Source of the DNA: Bacteriovoracia bacterium
GTDB taxonomy: Bacteria; Bdellovibrionota; UBA1018; JBFWNL01
NCBI GenBank assembly: GCA_050251055.1
Contig: JBFWNL010000006.1
Location: forward strand, 5,460 to 69,459
Direction of reading: 5' to 3'
DNA length: 64,000 nt
A model generated the notes under the pieces. It worked only from the letters and a program-made list of their open reading frames with translations. It did no database searches and was not told the origin of the DNA. Position numbers and translations under genes: made by a program. This document shows, one piece after another, positions 35,597 to 45,130 of this stretch (positions are counted from its first letter, which is position 1; each line of letters opens with the position of its first letter).

Positions 35597-35610
35597 ATGA
35601 GGGTCGGTCG

Positions 35611-36156
35611 ATGATGGATAGTCCGCTCTGGCTCGCCGCTTTGCTGATTTTTGCTTACCTCGTGGGCAGCTTGCGAACCTCGATGCTTTTCCGTAACTTA
35701 AAGCCCGGATTCGTCTTTTGGAGCTTGGATTTTCTTCGGGGCGCGCTCGCGGTCTTTTGCCTTTCGGAAATCGGCCAACCCTTGTTCCAGCCTTGGCTGG
35801 ATTTTGGCTCCGCCGGAATGGGCGTCACGGCCGCGTTCGCCGCGCTTTTCTTGGCCGTGGTCGGGCACGCTTACTCTCCGTGGAAGCGTTTCCAGAGCGA
35901 AGTGCCGGATGTCGTTTTTTTGGGTGGGTTGGTATGGCTGGCGCCAATTCCGGTGGCGGGCTGGCTCGTGGCATGGTTTCTCGCTTTGCGAGTGACTGAG
36001 CAGGCGCCGGTTTCGCGCATGATCGGCTTGCTCGTTGCGTCCATTTTGCAAGTGTCCATCTATCCCCTCGACTACCGGATCTGGCTTTTCGGGGCTTCGG
36101 CATTCGCCATTCTTTGGGCTTTCGAGCCTGAGCTTGATTTTCTTTTGCAGGATTAA
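35611..36156 (+). CDS. PlsY-like (DUF205 family) small membrane protein; divergent glycerol-3-phosphate acyltransferase candidate
   Basis: It has a YLVGSLRT start and FLRGALAV / VGHAYSPW segments, weakly reminiscent of PlsY (YLLGSIP, DVLKG, GHIFPVF). It is 181 aa with 5 TM helices. The longer ORF from 35362 is in-frame but overlaps lgt and was rejected. Confidence 0.4.
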   Translation: MMDSPLWLAALLIFAYLVGSLRTSMLFRNLKPGFVFWSLDFLRGALAVFCLSEIGQPLFQPWLDFGSAGMGVTAAFAALFLAVVGHAYSPWKRFQSEVPDVVFLGGLVWLAPIPVAGWLVAWFLALRVTEQAPVSRMIGLLVASILQVSIYPLDYRIWLFGASAFAILWAFEPELDFLLQD

Positions 36157-37050
36157 ATGAAGAGGAAGTGGTTTAGGATTTGGGTGTTCGGCGCCGTGGC
36201 CACCGTCCTCGGTGCTTTCTCGGCCGTCGCTTACGAAGTCACGGATGCGACCCAGACTCGCGTGGAGTTTCCACAGGCGCCGGCGCGGATCGTGACCTTG
36301 GCGCCGTCACTGGGCGAGCTTGCCGCCGATGTGCTGGAGCAGGACATCTCCCGTATCGTGGGGGTGAGCGAATATACTGATTTCCCGCCGGGCCTAAAGT
36401 CCGTGCCGTCGGTCGGCTCTTACGTTCGCCTGAATTTGGAAAAAATCGCCGTCCTGAAACCTGATCTGATCTTAGCTACGCGCGACGGCAACGAAAGAAG
36501 CCAGATCGTTCGCCTACGCGAGATGGGTTATCGCGTGGTCGTGGTCGAGACCGGAAATTTCGATCAAATCTCCGCTTCCTTTCGAATCGTGGCCGCCGCC
36601 TTGGGCCGGCCCGACAAAGGGATCCGCATGGCGGATTCGTTTCAGAAAGGATTGACGAAGCTCCGTCGGGCCAAGACCAGCTCCCGCGTGCTCTTACAGG
36701 TCGGCGACGATCCCCTGGTGGTGGCGGGGGGGGAATCTATCTTAAGTCGAGTCCTGGAGGTATTGGGCTTCACCAACGTCTACGCCGATCTTCGCCAGGG
36801 GTATCCGCGTCCATCGCGCGAGGATGTCTTTAAACGCTCTCCGGATACGGTTTTGATCCTGGCGCTCGGAACCGATCGTGCTCCTTATGAGCGGATGCTG
36901 AAGCGTTGGCGAGAGCTGGATTCCTTGCCCGCCGTCCGTGCGGGGCGCGTGAAGATCGTCGTGGCCGATGCCTTAGTGCGCCCGACGTTGCGGATGCTGG
37001 AAGGCATGGCTTTGCTGGAGCGGGAGTTAACCGCGGGGAAATCGCCATGA
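36157..37050 (+). CDS. ABC transporter periplasmic substrate-binding protein, TroA/BtuF-like (cobalamin or Fe-siderophore class)
   Basis: It has a signal peptide and the class III PBP layout (RIVTLAPSLGELAADVL..., DLILAT). It is 297 aa and sits immediately upstream of a FecCD permease. Confidence 0.7.
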   Translation: MKRKWFRIWVFGAVATVLGAFSAVAYEVTDATQTRVEFPQAPARIVTLAPSLGELAADVLEQDISRIVGVSEYTDFPPGLKSVPSVGSYVRLNLEKIAVLKPDLILATRDGNERSQIVRLREMGYRVVVVETGNFDQISASFRIVAAALGRPDKGIRMADSFQKGLTKLRRAKTSSRVLLQVGDDPLVVAGGESILSRVLEVLGFTNVYADLRQGYPRPSREDVFKRSPDTVLILALGTDRAPYERMLKRWRELDSLPAVRAGRVKIVVADALVRPTLRMLEGMALLERELTAGKSP

Positions 37051-37985
37051 AGCAAGGGCGTTGGTACTTGCTGAGCGCGTTGCTGCTCGGGTGCCTGTTT
37101 CTCATCTCTTGGCGGGTAGGCGGCGAGTCGGCGGGTTTGGATTCTGCCGTGTTGACCCAACTGCGATTGCCGCGATTGCTCGCAGCCGTCGCCGTGGGTA
37201 TGGGGTTGAGCTTGGCGGGCGCCGTAATGCAGTCCGTTTTCGCCAATTCCCTTTGCGAGCCTTACACGTTAGGAATTTCCTCGGGCGCGTCCCTAGGCGC
37301 GGTGGTGGGAACTAGCCTCGGGCTCAGTCTGGATTTTATGGGGATTGCCGGCGGGGCGTTCGTGGGCGCGTTAGCGTTCATGTTGGTTCTGTACGTCATG
37401 GCGTCCAAGCGGGACATCGGCAACGCCTCGCTTTTACTCGTGGGCGTGATGCTCGGGCTCTTTGGCTCGAGTCTCGTTACGTTGTGGATGGCGATGTCGG
37501 AGGCGAACGGGATTCAAGGCGCGATTTTTTGGCTGTTGGGCGATCTTTCCCGCGTGCGCCTGCACGGCTCCCTGCTGCTGGTGGCCGGCGTAATCGCACT
37601 GGGCGCGGCGGTCTATTCCCGGCATCGCGCGCTGGATGCGTTGATGTTGGGCGAGCAAGAAGCCCGCTCGTTGGGGATCGATTTTTCGGCCGAGCGCCGT
37701 CGTCTCATTTTCCTCGTTTCTTTGCTGGTCGCCCTGTGCGTCAGTGCATCCGGCATGATCGGCTTCGTGGGCTTGGTCGTCCCCCATTTCGCCCGCAAGC
37801 TCATGGGGGCCTTGCATGGCCGAATGCTGCCCCTGGCGGCGCTCTGGGGCGCGATCGCGCTTTTGCTGGCGGACTTTTCCGTGCGAAATTTCGCCCAGCC
37901 GTACGAGATCCCCGTGGGCGTGGTATGCGCGCTCGTGGGTACCCCGCTTTTCGCTTGGATTTTTCTGAAACGGGAGGCGGTGTGA
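37047..37985 (+). CDS. FecCD/BtuC-family ABC permease
   Basis: It contains LTQLRLPRLLAAVAVGMGLSLAGAVMQ..., the typical FecCD signature. It has several TM helices, and its ATGA start overlaps the PBP stop. Confidence 0.8.
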   Translation: MKQGRWYLLSALLLGCLFLISWRVGGESAGLDSAVLTQLRLPRLLAAVAVGMGLSLAGAVMQSVFANSLCEPYTLGISSGASLGAVVGTSLGLSLDFMGIAGGAFVGALAFMLVLYVMASKRDIGNASLLLVGVMLGLFGSSLVTLWMAMSEANGIQGAIFWLLGDLSRVRLHGSLLLVAGVIALGAAVYSRHRALDALMLGEQEARSLGIDFSAERRRLIFLVSLLVALCVSASGMIGFVGLVVPHFARKLMGALHGRMLPLAALWGAIALLLADFSVRNFAQPYEIPVGVVCALVGTPLFAWIFLKREAV

Positions 37986-38773
37986 AGGAAACCCCCGCGC
38001 TGCTGGGCGCCTACGGCGTTCATTTTCAACGCAAGGGCGTGACCGTGCTCTCCGAAATCACGGTGGAGCTACGTGCGGGTGAGGTTACCGCGTTCGTCGG
38101 ACCCAATGGCTGCGGAAAAACCACTTTGCTGCAGGTACTCGCCGGGTGGATTGATTTTCGCGCCCGCGGTCGATCGGGGGGCGGAGGCGTGCTGACGTAT
38201 CTCGGTCAGGACTTTACCCAGCTCTCGCCGGCCCAAAAGGCGGAACGCGCGGTTTATGTCGGGGCCGATTTTTCCACGGAGTTTCCGCTGACCGTAGAGG
38301 AGTTCGTAGGCTTGGGCCTGATTTGTCGGTCTTCCGGAGTAAAATCGGCGGCAGTAGCTATCGACGATGCGTTGAGGGACGCCGACGTTTCGGTATTGCG
38401 CGCGCGCTCCGTACGCTCTTTGAGCGGAGGAGAACGGCAGCGCGTGAATCTCGCGCGAGCTTTGTTGCAGGCACCCAAGGTGTTACTTTTGGACGAAGCA
38501 TTTTCAAAAATGGATGTTGATCGGCTGGGTTACTTTCGTGATTTGTTGCGACGCTTAACCCGCGAAGGCCGTGCGATCGGGCTGGTTTCCCATGATTTGA
38601 ATTTCGCGGCCGAAACCGCGGATCGTTGCGTCTTGATGCGCGAAGGCCGCGTAGTGAAGGCGGGCGCGCTTGGCGAAATCTTTACGCGCGATGAGCTAGC
38701 CTTGGTCTATCCGCGCTCGGAGCTGCGCGTGGCGCCGGATCCGTTTTCTGGGAAGCCGAAACTCTTCTATTAG
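37982..38773 (+). CDS. ABC transporter ATP-binding protein (BtuD/FecE-like)
   Basis: It has a Walker A (GPNGCGKTT), the signature LSGGERQRV and a Walker B (LLLDEAFSKMD). It starts with a GTG that overlaps the permease stop. Confidence 0.8.
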   Translation: MKETPALLGAYGVHFQRKGVTVLSEITVELRAGEVTAFVGPNGCGKTTLLQVLAGWIDFRARGRSGGGGVLTYLGQDFTQLSPAQKAERAVYVGADFSTEFPLTVEEFVGLGLICRSSGVKSAAVAIDDALRDADVSVLRARSVRSLSGGERQRVNLARALLQAPKVLLLDEAFSKMDVDRLGYFRDLLRRLTREGRAIGLVSHDLNFAAETADRCVLMREGRVVKAGALGEIFTRDELALVYPRSELRVAPDPFSGKPKLFY

Positions 38774-38817
38774 ATTGGGGGGGTAAATTTTCGGCAAATC
38801 CAGGCAGCCAGCGGCGC

Positions 38818-39690
38818 CTAGAAATAAACGGTGGCGCCGAGCGTATGCGCCGTCGTCGCCGGATGCCCGGCCTTGGTTTCCGTCGCCCGGTAAAACGCGT
38901 AGTCGAGGGAGATACGCGGCGCGATCCAACCCAGGCCGAAGCCGAAACCCTTGCCGATGGTGTTCAGGTACGGGACGTTCGCGTTATTGAAAAATCCACC
39001 ACGGAGAAAAACGTCTTTAAAGAGCGTGAGCTCCGTGCCGAACTCGATGCCCCAGTTAGCGTCGGCATAAATGATGTCTGGCGTGTAGTGGGGGTCGATG
39101 TAAAAGAGCAGGATTCCCATTACGTTCGCCTTCGTGCCCACGATGAATTCGCGGTACCAGCCGTTGGCCTGGCTGGAAGGCGACGAGAGCAAGTTGTCGA
39201 TAGTGAACGAAAGCTGCATCCACTCGCTTAAAATACCGCTAAAGGAGAAGTTCAGATCGCGCGCGGCCTGGGAGGCGCTGCTGTTCGGCAGGTAGAATTT
39301 TGCGCCCAGGCCAAAGCCCGTGCGTTGGATGAAGGACTTGGCTGCGCCCATGTGAAGGTAGGCGCCATTTTCCTTCACCGTGTAGCCTGCGCCCGCGGCG
39401 AAGAGCGCGGAGCGGCCGTCTTGGACCGAAAGGTTGTAGAGGCGGCCGTAGTAGCCATTGTCGCCGGAATATTTCTGCAGCCCAAAGCCGATGCTCTGGG
39501 TTTGGATGAAGGTGCTGTACGAAGGATTCAAGTAAATGGAATCGTTGAGTAGAGGCCCTGCGTGACCCGCGCCGCCCAGTGCGGCCGTCCGCGGCGAATG
39601 GTAATCCGAGCCCCACGCCGAAACGGAGGAGAGAGCCACGAGCGCGGCGGTAAATACCTGACTAATTACGGAAGATTGTGCGGGCCACAT
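38818..39690 (-). CDS. Outer-membrane beta-barrel protein of unknown function
   Basis: It has a signal peptide (ALVALSSVSAWG) and alternating amphipathic strands rich in aromatic residues and Gly. The C-terminal residue is F (...LGATVYF), typical of OMPs recognised by BAM. It is about 290 aa. Confidence 0.5.
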   Translation of the reverse strand: MWPAQSSVISQVFTAALVALSSVSAWGSDYHSPRTAALGGAGHAGPLLNDSIYLNPSYSTFIQTQSIGFGLQKYSGDNGYYGRLYNLSVQDGRSALFAAGAGYTVKENGAYLHMGAAKSFIQRTGFGLGAKFYLPNSSASQAARDLNFSFSGILSEWMQLSFTIDNLLSSPSSQANGWYREFIVGTKANVMGILLFYIDPHYTPDIIYADANWGIEFGTELTLFKDVFLRGGFFNNANVPYLNTIGKGFGFGLGWIAPRISLDYAFYRATETKAGHPATTAHTLGATVYF

Positions 39691-39734
39691 GAAGCACTCG
39701 ATAAAATACAACTGTTTGGATAGAGTGTAAAGCG

Positions 39735-40607
39735 ATGTCGACCTCCAAACGAATTCGCAAAGCCGTGATTCCCGCGGCCGGGCTCGGTACCCGCTTTCTC
39801 CCGGCGACCAAGGCCGTGCCCAAGGAAATGATCCCTATCGTCGACGTGCCGATGATCCAGCTGATCGTGCAGGAAGCCGTGCAGTCCGGCATCGAGGAGA
39901 TCGTTCTCGTGACCGGGCGAGGCAAAGACGCGATCGAAAACCACTTCGACTTCAACTACGAGCTCGAAGATACCCTCGAGAAGAAAAACAAGCCCGAGCT
40001 CGCCAAGATATCCAAGGACCTGGCCCGGATGTGCAAGGTCATGTACGTGCGGCAGAAAGAACCGTTGGGCCTGGGGCACGCCGTCCTAGCCGCCGCCCCG
40101 CTCGTGGGCGACGAGCCGTTCGCGGTGCTCTTGCCCGACGATCTCATCGACGCCAAGATTCCCTGCACGAAACAACTCGCCGACGAATACTTCGCGGGCG
40201 GTAAATCGGTGGTGGGCGTGATGGAAGTCGCGCCTTCGGAAGTTTCCAAGTACGGGATCGTCGCGGGTAAGATGATCGATCCGAAGCGTATGGCCGTCGC
40301 TGACGTGGTCGAAAAACCGGCGGCGGCGGCGGCGCCTTCTCGACTAGCTATCCCAGGCCGCTACGTGCTGCACCCCCGGGTGTTTGATTATTTACGGGAG
40401 TTGAAGCCTGGAAAGATCGCCGAAATTCAGCTCACCGATGGATTGACTGCGTTAGCGCGGAATGAAGGTTTGACCGCGTATCTTTACGAAGGCGATCGTT
40501 ACGATGCCGGCGATCGGTTGGGTTATCTGGAAGCCACCTTGGTCTACGCGATGAAGCGGCCGGAGCTGCGCGATGGCCTCGCTAAAATCGTTAAGAAATA
40601 CTTTTAG
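39735..40607 (+). CDS. galU: UTP--glucose-1-phosphate uridylyltransferase
   Basis: KAVIPAAGLGTRFLPATKAVPKEM is the GalU N-terminal signature. It is 290 aa. Confidence 0.9.
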   Translation: MSTSKRIRKAVIPAAGLGTRFLPATKAVPKEMIPIVDVPMIQLIVQEAVQSGIEEIVLVTGRGKDAIENHFDFNYELEDTLEKKNKPELAKISKDLARMCKVMYVRQKEPLGLGHAVLAAAPLVGDEPFAVLLPDDLIDAKIPCTKQLADEYFAGGKSVVGVMEVAPSEVSKYGIVAGKMIDPKRMAVADVVEKPAAAAAPSRLAIPGRYVLHPRVFDYLRELKPGKIAEIQLTDGLTALARNEGLTAYLYEGDRYDAGDRLGYLEATLVYAMKRPELRDGLAKIVKKYF

Positions 40608-40616
40608 GGGACGGAT

Positions 40617-41468
40617 GTGTTGAAGCGACGAATAGCTTTGATTTCAGTTTTGCTTGGGTTTTGGGGAGGTGCGGCGCACGCGTACATTCCGCCTTCCGAA
40701 TACCTAGTGACGAAAATCGCGGAAAAGCACAAGAACTTCGGCGCGATCCTGTTGACCTCCATTATTAGCGTTCCCGGTACTACCACGCCGCCCACGGGTC
40801 CGAGCGCGCCGGCGTCATTCCCCGCCAACGGGTTCAAGGAAGTCGCCCTGATTGATTTCAAGCGCAAGACGATCGAGAGCCATGCGTACGACGCCTCCGG
40901 GTACGAGGTTTTTTCCGTGAAGCGCAATTTGGGCGAAGGTCCCTCTAATCGCATCCCTCTGATGAATTTTCTGTTTTTCGAGGAAAACCCCGAAGAGGTC
41001 AACCATGCGATGATCCTCTCCGGCGTGAGCGTCATGCTCTCCCACAAGTTGCAGGCGATGGAGAACGAGATTGAACGCCGGGCCGCGGAAAAGAGCTACC
41101 TCGATCGTTGGAACGACCGCGTGGCTTGGGTGATCGGCGAGCGTCCAGAAGATAAGGGCTCCCTGGGGAAGCCGCGTATTTACATCGAAAAAGACTCGTT
41201 CCTGCCCCTGCGTTGGGTCGGCGCGCTCACTGCGAACCCCGATCGGGTCTGGGACGTGACGTTTGACCGTTACCGTTTCGTGAAGGGTTATCAGTACCCG
41301 AACGACATCGTGCTTTTGGAAGACGGCGCGCCCGTGTTGAAGGCGGAGGTAAGCTCGCTCATCGTCGGTCCGGATCTTAAAAAATCGCCTTTCGACAAAT
41401 CCGCGCAGACCGCTTCGGGCGGTGCCGCCTCGGATCTGCTAAAAAAATACTACACGGTCTTGCGGTGA
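40617..41468 (+). CDS. Secreted hypothetical protein (283 aa)
   Basis: It has the signal peptide [16 protein letters not shown], a Pro/Thr-rich linker, and no identifiable motif. It overlaps the priA start by 4 bp. Confidence 0.5.
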   Translation: MLKRRIALISVLLGFWGGAAHAYIPPSEYLVTKIAEKHKNFGAILLTSIISVPGTTTPPTGPSAPASFPANGFKEVALIDFKRKTIESHAYDASGYEVFSVKRNLGEGPSNRIPLMNFLFFEENPEEVNHAMILSGVSVMLSHKLQAMENEIERRAAEKSYLDRWNDRVAWVIGERPEDKGSLGKPRIYIEKDSFLPLRWVGALTANPDRVWDVTFDRYRFVKGYQYPNDIVLLEDGAPVLKAEVSSLIVGPDLKKSPFDKSAQTASGGAASDLLKKYYTVLR

Positions 41469-43543
41469 AACCCCCGTCTTCCGAATTATCCGGCGAAGGA
41501 TCCGGGGATCTCATTCTTTCCGTCGCCATTCCGCGTCCGCTCGAAGGACTGTTTACCTATCGGCTGCCGCGGGAAATGGCGGGAGAGGTGAGTCTGGGCG
41601 GTTGGGTGAAGGTGCCCTTCGGCCGAACGGTGACCCATGCCTACGTGGTCGAGAACCCGGTGCCGGCGAGCGATACCCCCGGTCACCTGCAGGATAAATC
41701 CCTGAAAAACGTGCTCGCGGTGGGCGACCGGGAAACCATCCTGCCTCCGGAAGTCGTGAAACTATGCCGCTGGGTGCACGAATATTACCAAGCACCGCTA
41801 GGGGAAGTCATGAACGTGGCGCTCTCGGCCGCCGCGATGGGGTTGAAAGCGAAAAAGGAAAGGGCGTCCAAAGGCGAGGCGCCCCCGCCGACCGAACCGC
41901 GCGTGCTTACCTTGAGCGCCGACCAGGACCGGGTCGTGGAAGCGCTGGATCGCCTTAGGCTGGACGCTCCGGCGACGGACGGCCAGACGGCGCTTCTTCA
42001 CGGGGTCACGGGGAGCGGAAAGACCGAAGTGTACATGGAACTCGCGCGCCGTGCCTTGCGCGCGGGACGAAGCGTACTGGTGCTCGTACCGGAAATCGCC
42101 CTTACGCCGCAGTTGCACGAGCGGTTTGAGCAGGGCCTGGGCTGTCGGGTCGCCCTGTGGCACTCGGCGGTTTCTGACGGAAAGAAACACCAGCAGTGGC
42201 TCGCCCTTAAGCGAGGTGAGTTGAAGGTACTGGTGGGCGCGCGGTCGGCGATCTTCGCGCCCATGCGTGACCTGGGGTTGATCGTCGTCGACGAAGAACA
42301 CGACAGCTCTTACAAACAGGAAGAGCGCGTGCGGTACCAGGCACGCGATTTGGCGCTCGTGCGCGGTCGCGCGGAAAAAACCTTGGTTTTACTCGGATCG
42401 GCGACCCCCAGCCTAGAGACCTTGGAGAAGGCCCGTGACGGGCGGCACCATTATTTCGAGCTTAAGGAGCGGGTTACGGGAGGCGGATTGCCCTCGGTGG
42501 AAGTCGTGGACATGACCGAGGAGGAGTGGGTGGAAGATCTGCGCGCGCCTTTCGCCAAGCGCACGTTGGAGGAGATCCGCAAAACCCTCGAGGCCGGCAA
42601 CCAGGTCATGGTGTTTTTGAATCGACGGGGTTTCGCCGCGTTCCTCGTTTGCGCTGATTGTGGTGACGTGCGCGAGTGTCCCGACTGTTCGATCTCGCTG
42701 AGCATGCACAAGCGGCAGCGCAAGCTGAAGTGCCACGTTTGCGGGCACCAGGAACCCATTCCCGACATATGCGGAAAGTGCCAGAGCCTGAATCTTGATC
42801 CCGTGGGGGCGGGGACGGAAAGCCTGGAGGACGAGCTGCCCGCGGCGGTGCCGGGCTTGGTGCCGTTGCGGTTGGATCGCGACCAGGTGACGAGCGTGCA
42901 ACGGCTGGAGCAGTTGCTCGATGACTTTCGAGCGGGTAAGGCGAATTGCCTGCTCGGTACGCAAATGCTCGTGAAGGGCCACGATTTCCCTAAGGTCACG
43001 CTGGTGGTCGTGGTGATGGCGGATGCGCTTTTTCGTTGGCCAGATTTTCGCGCGCCTGAACGCGCTTATCAGGTGCTGACCCAGGTGGCGGGCCGCGCGG
43101 GTCGGGGGAGCGAGCCGGGTCGTGTGCTGATCCAAACCTTTTCGAAAGACCACCCGGTCATCGGCGCCGTCAGCGGGAGTTTTCCGGTTGAAGATTTCTT
43201 GAAACAAGAGCGTGAGCTGCGCGAAACCCTGAATTATCCGCCGTTCGGTCGACTCGTGCGCCTACGCCTAGAGGCGCCCGAACCCGCCGAGGCCCAACTG
43301 CGCGCCGCCGCTGTTGCGCGCCACCTGCAAGGGACGCTGACCGGCGTGTCGGACGGGGGGTTGCAGCTGCTTGGGCCGAGTGAGGCTTTTTTGGAGAAAA
43401 TGAAGGGCACTTACCGCTGGGATTTGTTGCTCAAGTCCAAAGAGGTGAGGCCCCTGCAGCGGGGCGCGTTTGAAGCCCGTAAATTCTGCTATTCAAAAAA
43501 GTGGCCGCTGCTTGTCGACGTGGACCCTTCCGGGGTAGGATAG
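41465..43543 (+). CDS. priA: Primosomal protein N' (replication restart helicase)
   Basis: It has a Walker A ([11 protein letters not shown]), a DEEH box, and a Cys-rich zinc region ([32 protein letters not shown]). It is 692 aa. Confidence 0.9.
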   Translation: MKPPSSELSGEGSGDLILSVAIPRPLEGLFTYRLPREMAGEVSLGGWVKVPFGRTVTHAYVVENPVPASDTPGHLQDKSLKNVLAVGDRETILPPEVVKLCRWVHEYYQAPLGEVMNVALSAAAMGLKAKKERASKGEAPPPTEPRVLTLSADQDRVVEALDRLRLDAPATDGQTALLHGVTGSGKTEVYMELARRALRAGRSVLVLVPEIALTPQLHERFEQGLGCRVALWHSAVSDGKKHQQWLALKRGELKVLVGARSAIFAPMRDLGLIVVDEEHDSSYKQEERVRYQARDLALVRGRAEKTLVLLGSATPSLETLEKARDGRHHYFELKERVTGGGLPSVEVVDMTEEEWVEDLRAPFAKRTLEEIRKTLEAGNQVMVFLNRRGFAAFLVCADCGDVRECPDCSISLSMHKRQRKLKCHVCGHQEPIPDICGKCQSLNLDPVGAGTESLEDELPAAVPGLVPLRLDRDQVTSVQRLEQLLDDFRAGKANCLLGTQMLVKGHDFPKVTLVVVVMADALFRWPDFRAPERAYQVLTQVAGRAGRGSEPGRVLIQTFSKDHPVIGAVSGSFPVEDFLKQERELRETLNYPPFGRLVRLRLEAPEPAEAQLRAAAVARHLQGTLTGVSDGGLQLLGPSEAFLEKMKGTYRWDLLLKSKEVRPLQRGAFEARKFCYSKKWPLLVDVDPSGVG

Positions 43544-43560
43544 ACCCTGGCGGGGGTGCA

Positions 43561-44298
43561 ATGAGCAAAGAACGCGAAGCGTTCTCCAAAAATCTTCGAA
43601 GTAAGATCAAGGCGCAGATCGATCTGGCGCAGGAAGAGCTCAAGCGCGATCTTTTTCGCCGCCGCATCGAGGTCGCGCGGCAGGGAATTCGCTCCTACGA
43701 AGACGGGCAGATTACCGAAGCCGTGAAGCATTTCCACATGTACCTGCGCATCTTGGAAGAGTGGAAGAAGGTTCCCGAATGGGGACTCACGCCGGGTCTT
43801 TTCGATATGAAGGCCGATCAGGCGGAGCTGCTGCTCATTAGCGGCGTATACTGGGACATGGCCAAGATCTACGACCGGACGCGCACCGAAAGCGGGCAGC
43901 GTGATTTCCGTAGGTATCTCGAGAAATACGTGCTCTTTTCCACCGGCATGCCGTTTCAGGCGCTTTGCGCCGAGGCGATTCGGAAGTATTCCGCGTTCAA
44001 TAAAGGCAAGCACAAGGCGGCATTTAAGGCCGCATATAAACGTCTGGCCGTTGGGAAATGTTTTGTGGCCACGGAGCTCTACGATGAACTCGCGCCGTCG
44101 ACGTTGCCGAGCCTACGCGATTTTCGCGACGAAACGCTCGCTCGCTCACGCTCGGGGCGTGCGTTCACCGCCTGGTATTATCGGCACGGAGAACAAATCG
44201 CGGAATGGGTGGCGAGAAAGCCGGCTTGGTTCAGGTCTTGCCTGGCGAGGATTCTGGACTGGATGGCGCGTTCGGTGAGGCGCCCGACGTCGGATTAG
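43561..44298 (+). CDS. Hypothetical protein with a conserved-looking C-terminal CFVATELY...LRDFRDETL motif
   Basis: The ATG-start ORF is 245 aa and its 3' end overlaps the convergent lepB 3' end by ~68 bp. The N-terminal half is predicted helical. Confidence 0.45.
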   Translation: MSKEREAFSKNLRSKIKAQIDLAQEELKRDLFRRRIEVARQGIRSYEDGQITEAVKHFHMYLRILEEWKKVPEWGLTPGLFDMKADQAELLLISGVYWDMAKIYDRTRTESGQRDFRRYLEKYVLFSTGMPFQALCAEAIRKYSAFNKGKHKAAFKAAYKRLAVGKCFVATELYDELAPSTLPSLRDFRDETLARSRSGRAFTAWYYRHGEQIAEWVARKPAWFRSCLARILDWMARSVRRPTSD

Positions 44299-45064
44299 CG
44301 GCTCCGTGCAGGACCGTGCCGATGCGTCCGGGGCGGAAGTAGTAAAGGCCTTCCTTGAAATCCACCCAAAGCGAAAGCCAGATCACCATCGCCTTGCCTT
44401 TGATGTTCTGCATCGGGACAAAGCCCCAGAAGCGGCTGTCGTTGGAGTGGTCGCGGTTGTCTCCCATTACGAAATACTGGTCCTGCGGCACCGTGATCGG
44501 CCCGAAGTTTTCGATGGAATAAGTGCTGGAATCGACCATGACGGTAGGCGTGTCGTTCTGCATCTTCTCGTGGAAGATTTTTAAGCTACTGAGGTTGTAG
44601 CTGCTGGGATCGATCGTGGCGGTTACCTGTTTGGCTTCGTCCGCCGAAAGCGGTTCGGAAGCGATGGGCTGGCCGTTAATGATCAGGCGCTTGTCCTTTA
44701 GCTCCACGGTGTCGCCAGAGGTCGCGACAATCCGTTTGATATAATAGAGGCTTTCGTCCTTGGGGTACTTGAACACGATCACGTCGCCGCGCTTGGGGGG
44801 ATCGCGTCGGATGAGATAGACCGGATCGCCGAACCACTCGGTAAAGGGGAGCTTGAAGCCGTAGGCAAATTTATTGACGAAGATGTGATCGCCGATCAAC
44901 AGGGTGGGGATCATGGAGCCCGAAGGGATCTTGTAGGCTTCGATGATGCTAGAGCGGACCATGAGGACCAGGAAAAACGCGATCCCGATCGAGGTGACGT
45001 TCTCGATGAGCCACTTTTTGCGGGACTTGCCCGCCGAGGGGGTGGGCTGCTCCGGGTTTTCCAT
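44231..45064 (-). CDS. lepB: Signal peptidase I
   Basis: It has IPSGSMIPTLLIGDHIFVNKFAYG (the catalytic Ser box), a GD-x-R box, and a TM anchor. Confidence 0.9.
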   Translation of the reverse strand: MENPEQPTPSAGKSRKKWLIENVTSIGIAFFLVLMVRSSIIEAYKIPSGSMIPTLLIGDHIFVNKFAYGFKLPFTEWFGDPVYLIRRDPPKRGDVIVFKYPKDESLYYIKRIVATSGDTVELKDKRLIINGQPIASEPLSADEAKQVTATIDPSSYNLSSLKIFHEKMQNDTPTVMVDSSTYSIENFGPITVPQDQYFVMGDNRDHSNDSRFWGFVPMQNIKGKAMVIWLSLWVDFKEGLYYFRPGRIGTVLHGAANPTSGASPNAPSSPESSPGKT

Positions 45065-45130
45065 ATGGCGTTAACGATACTCCGAAATGAGCGCCAGTTA
45101 TAGAAAAATCTGGTAAACTTCTGGGAGGTT

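Noticed and set aside
35362-35610. N-terminal 83-codon extension of the PlsY-like ORF overlapping lgt
   Set aside because: It is in a different frame over the well-supported lgt 3' end and is Arg/Pro-rich. The ATG at 35611 follows the lgt stop by 14 bp.
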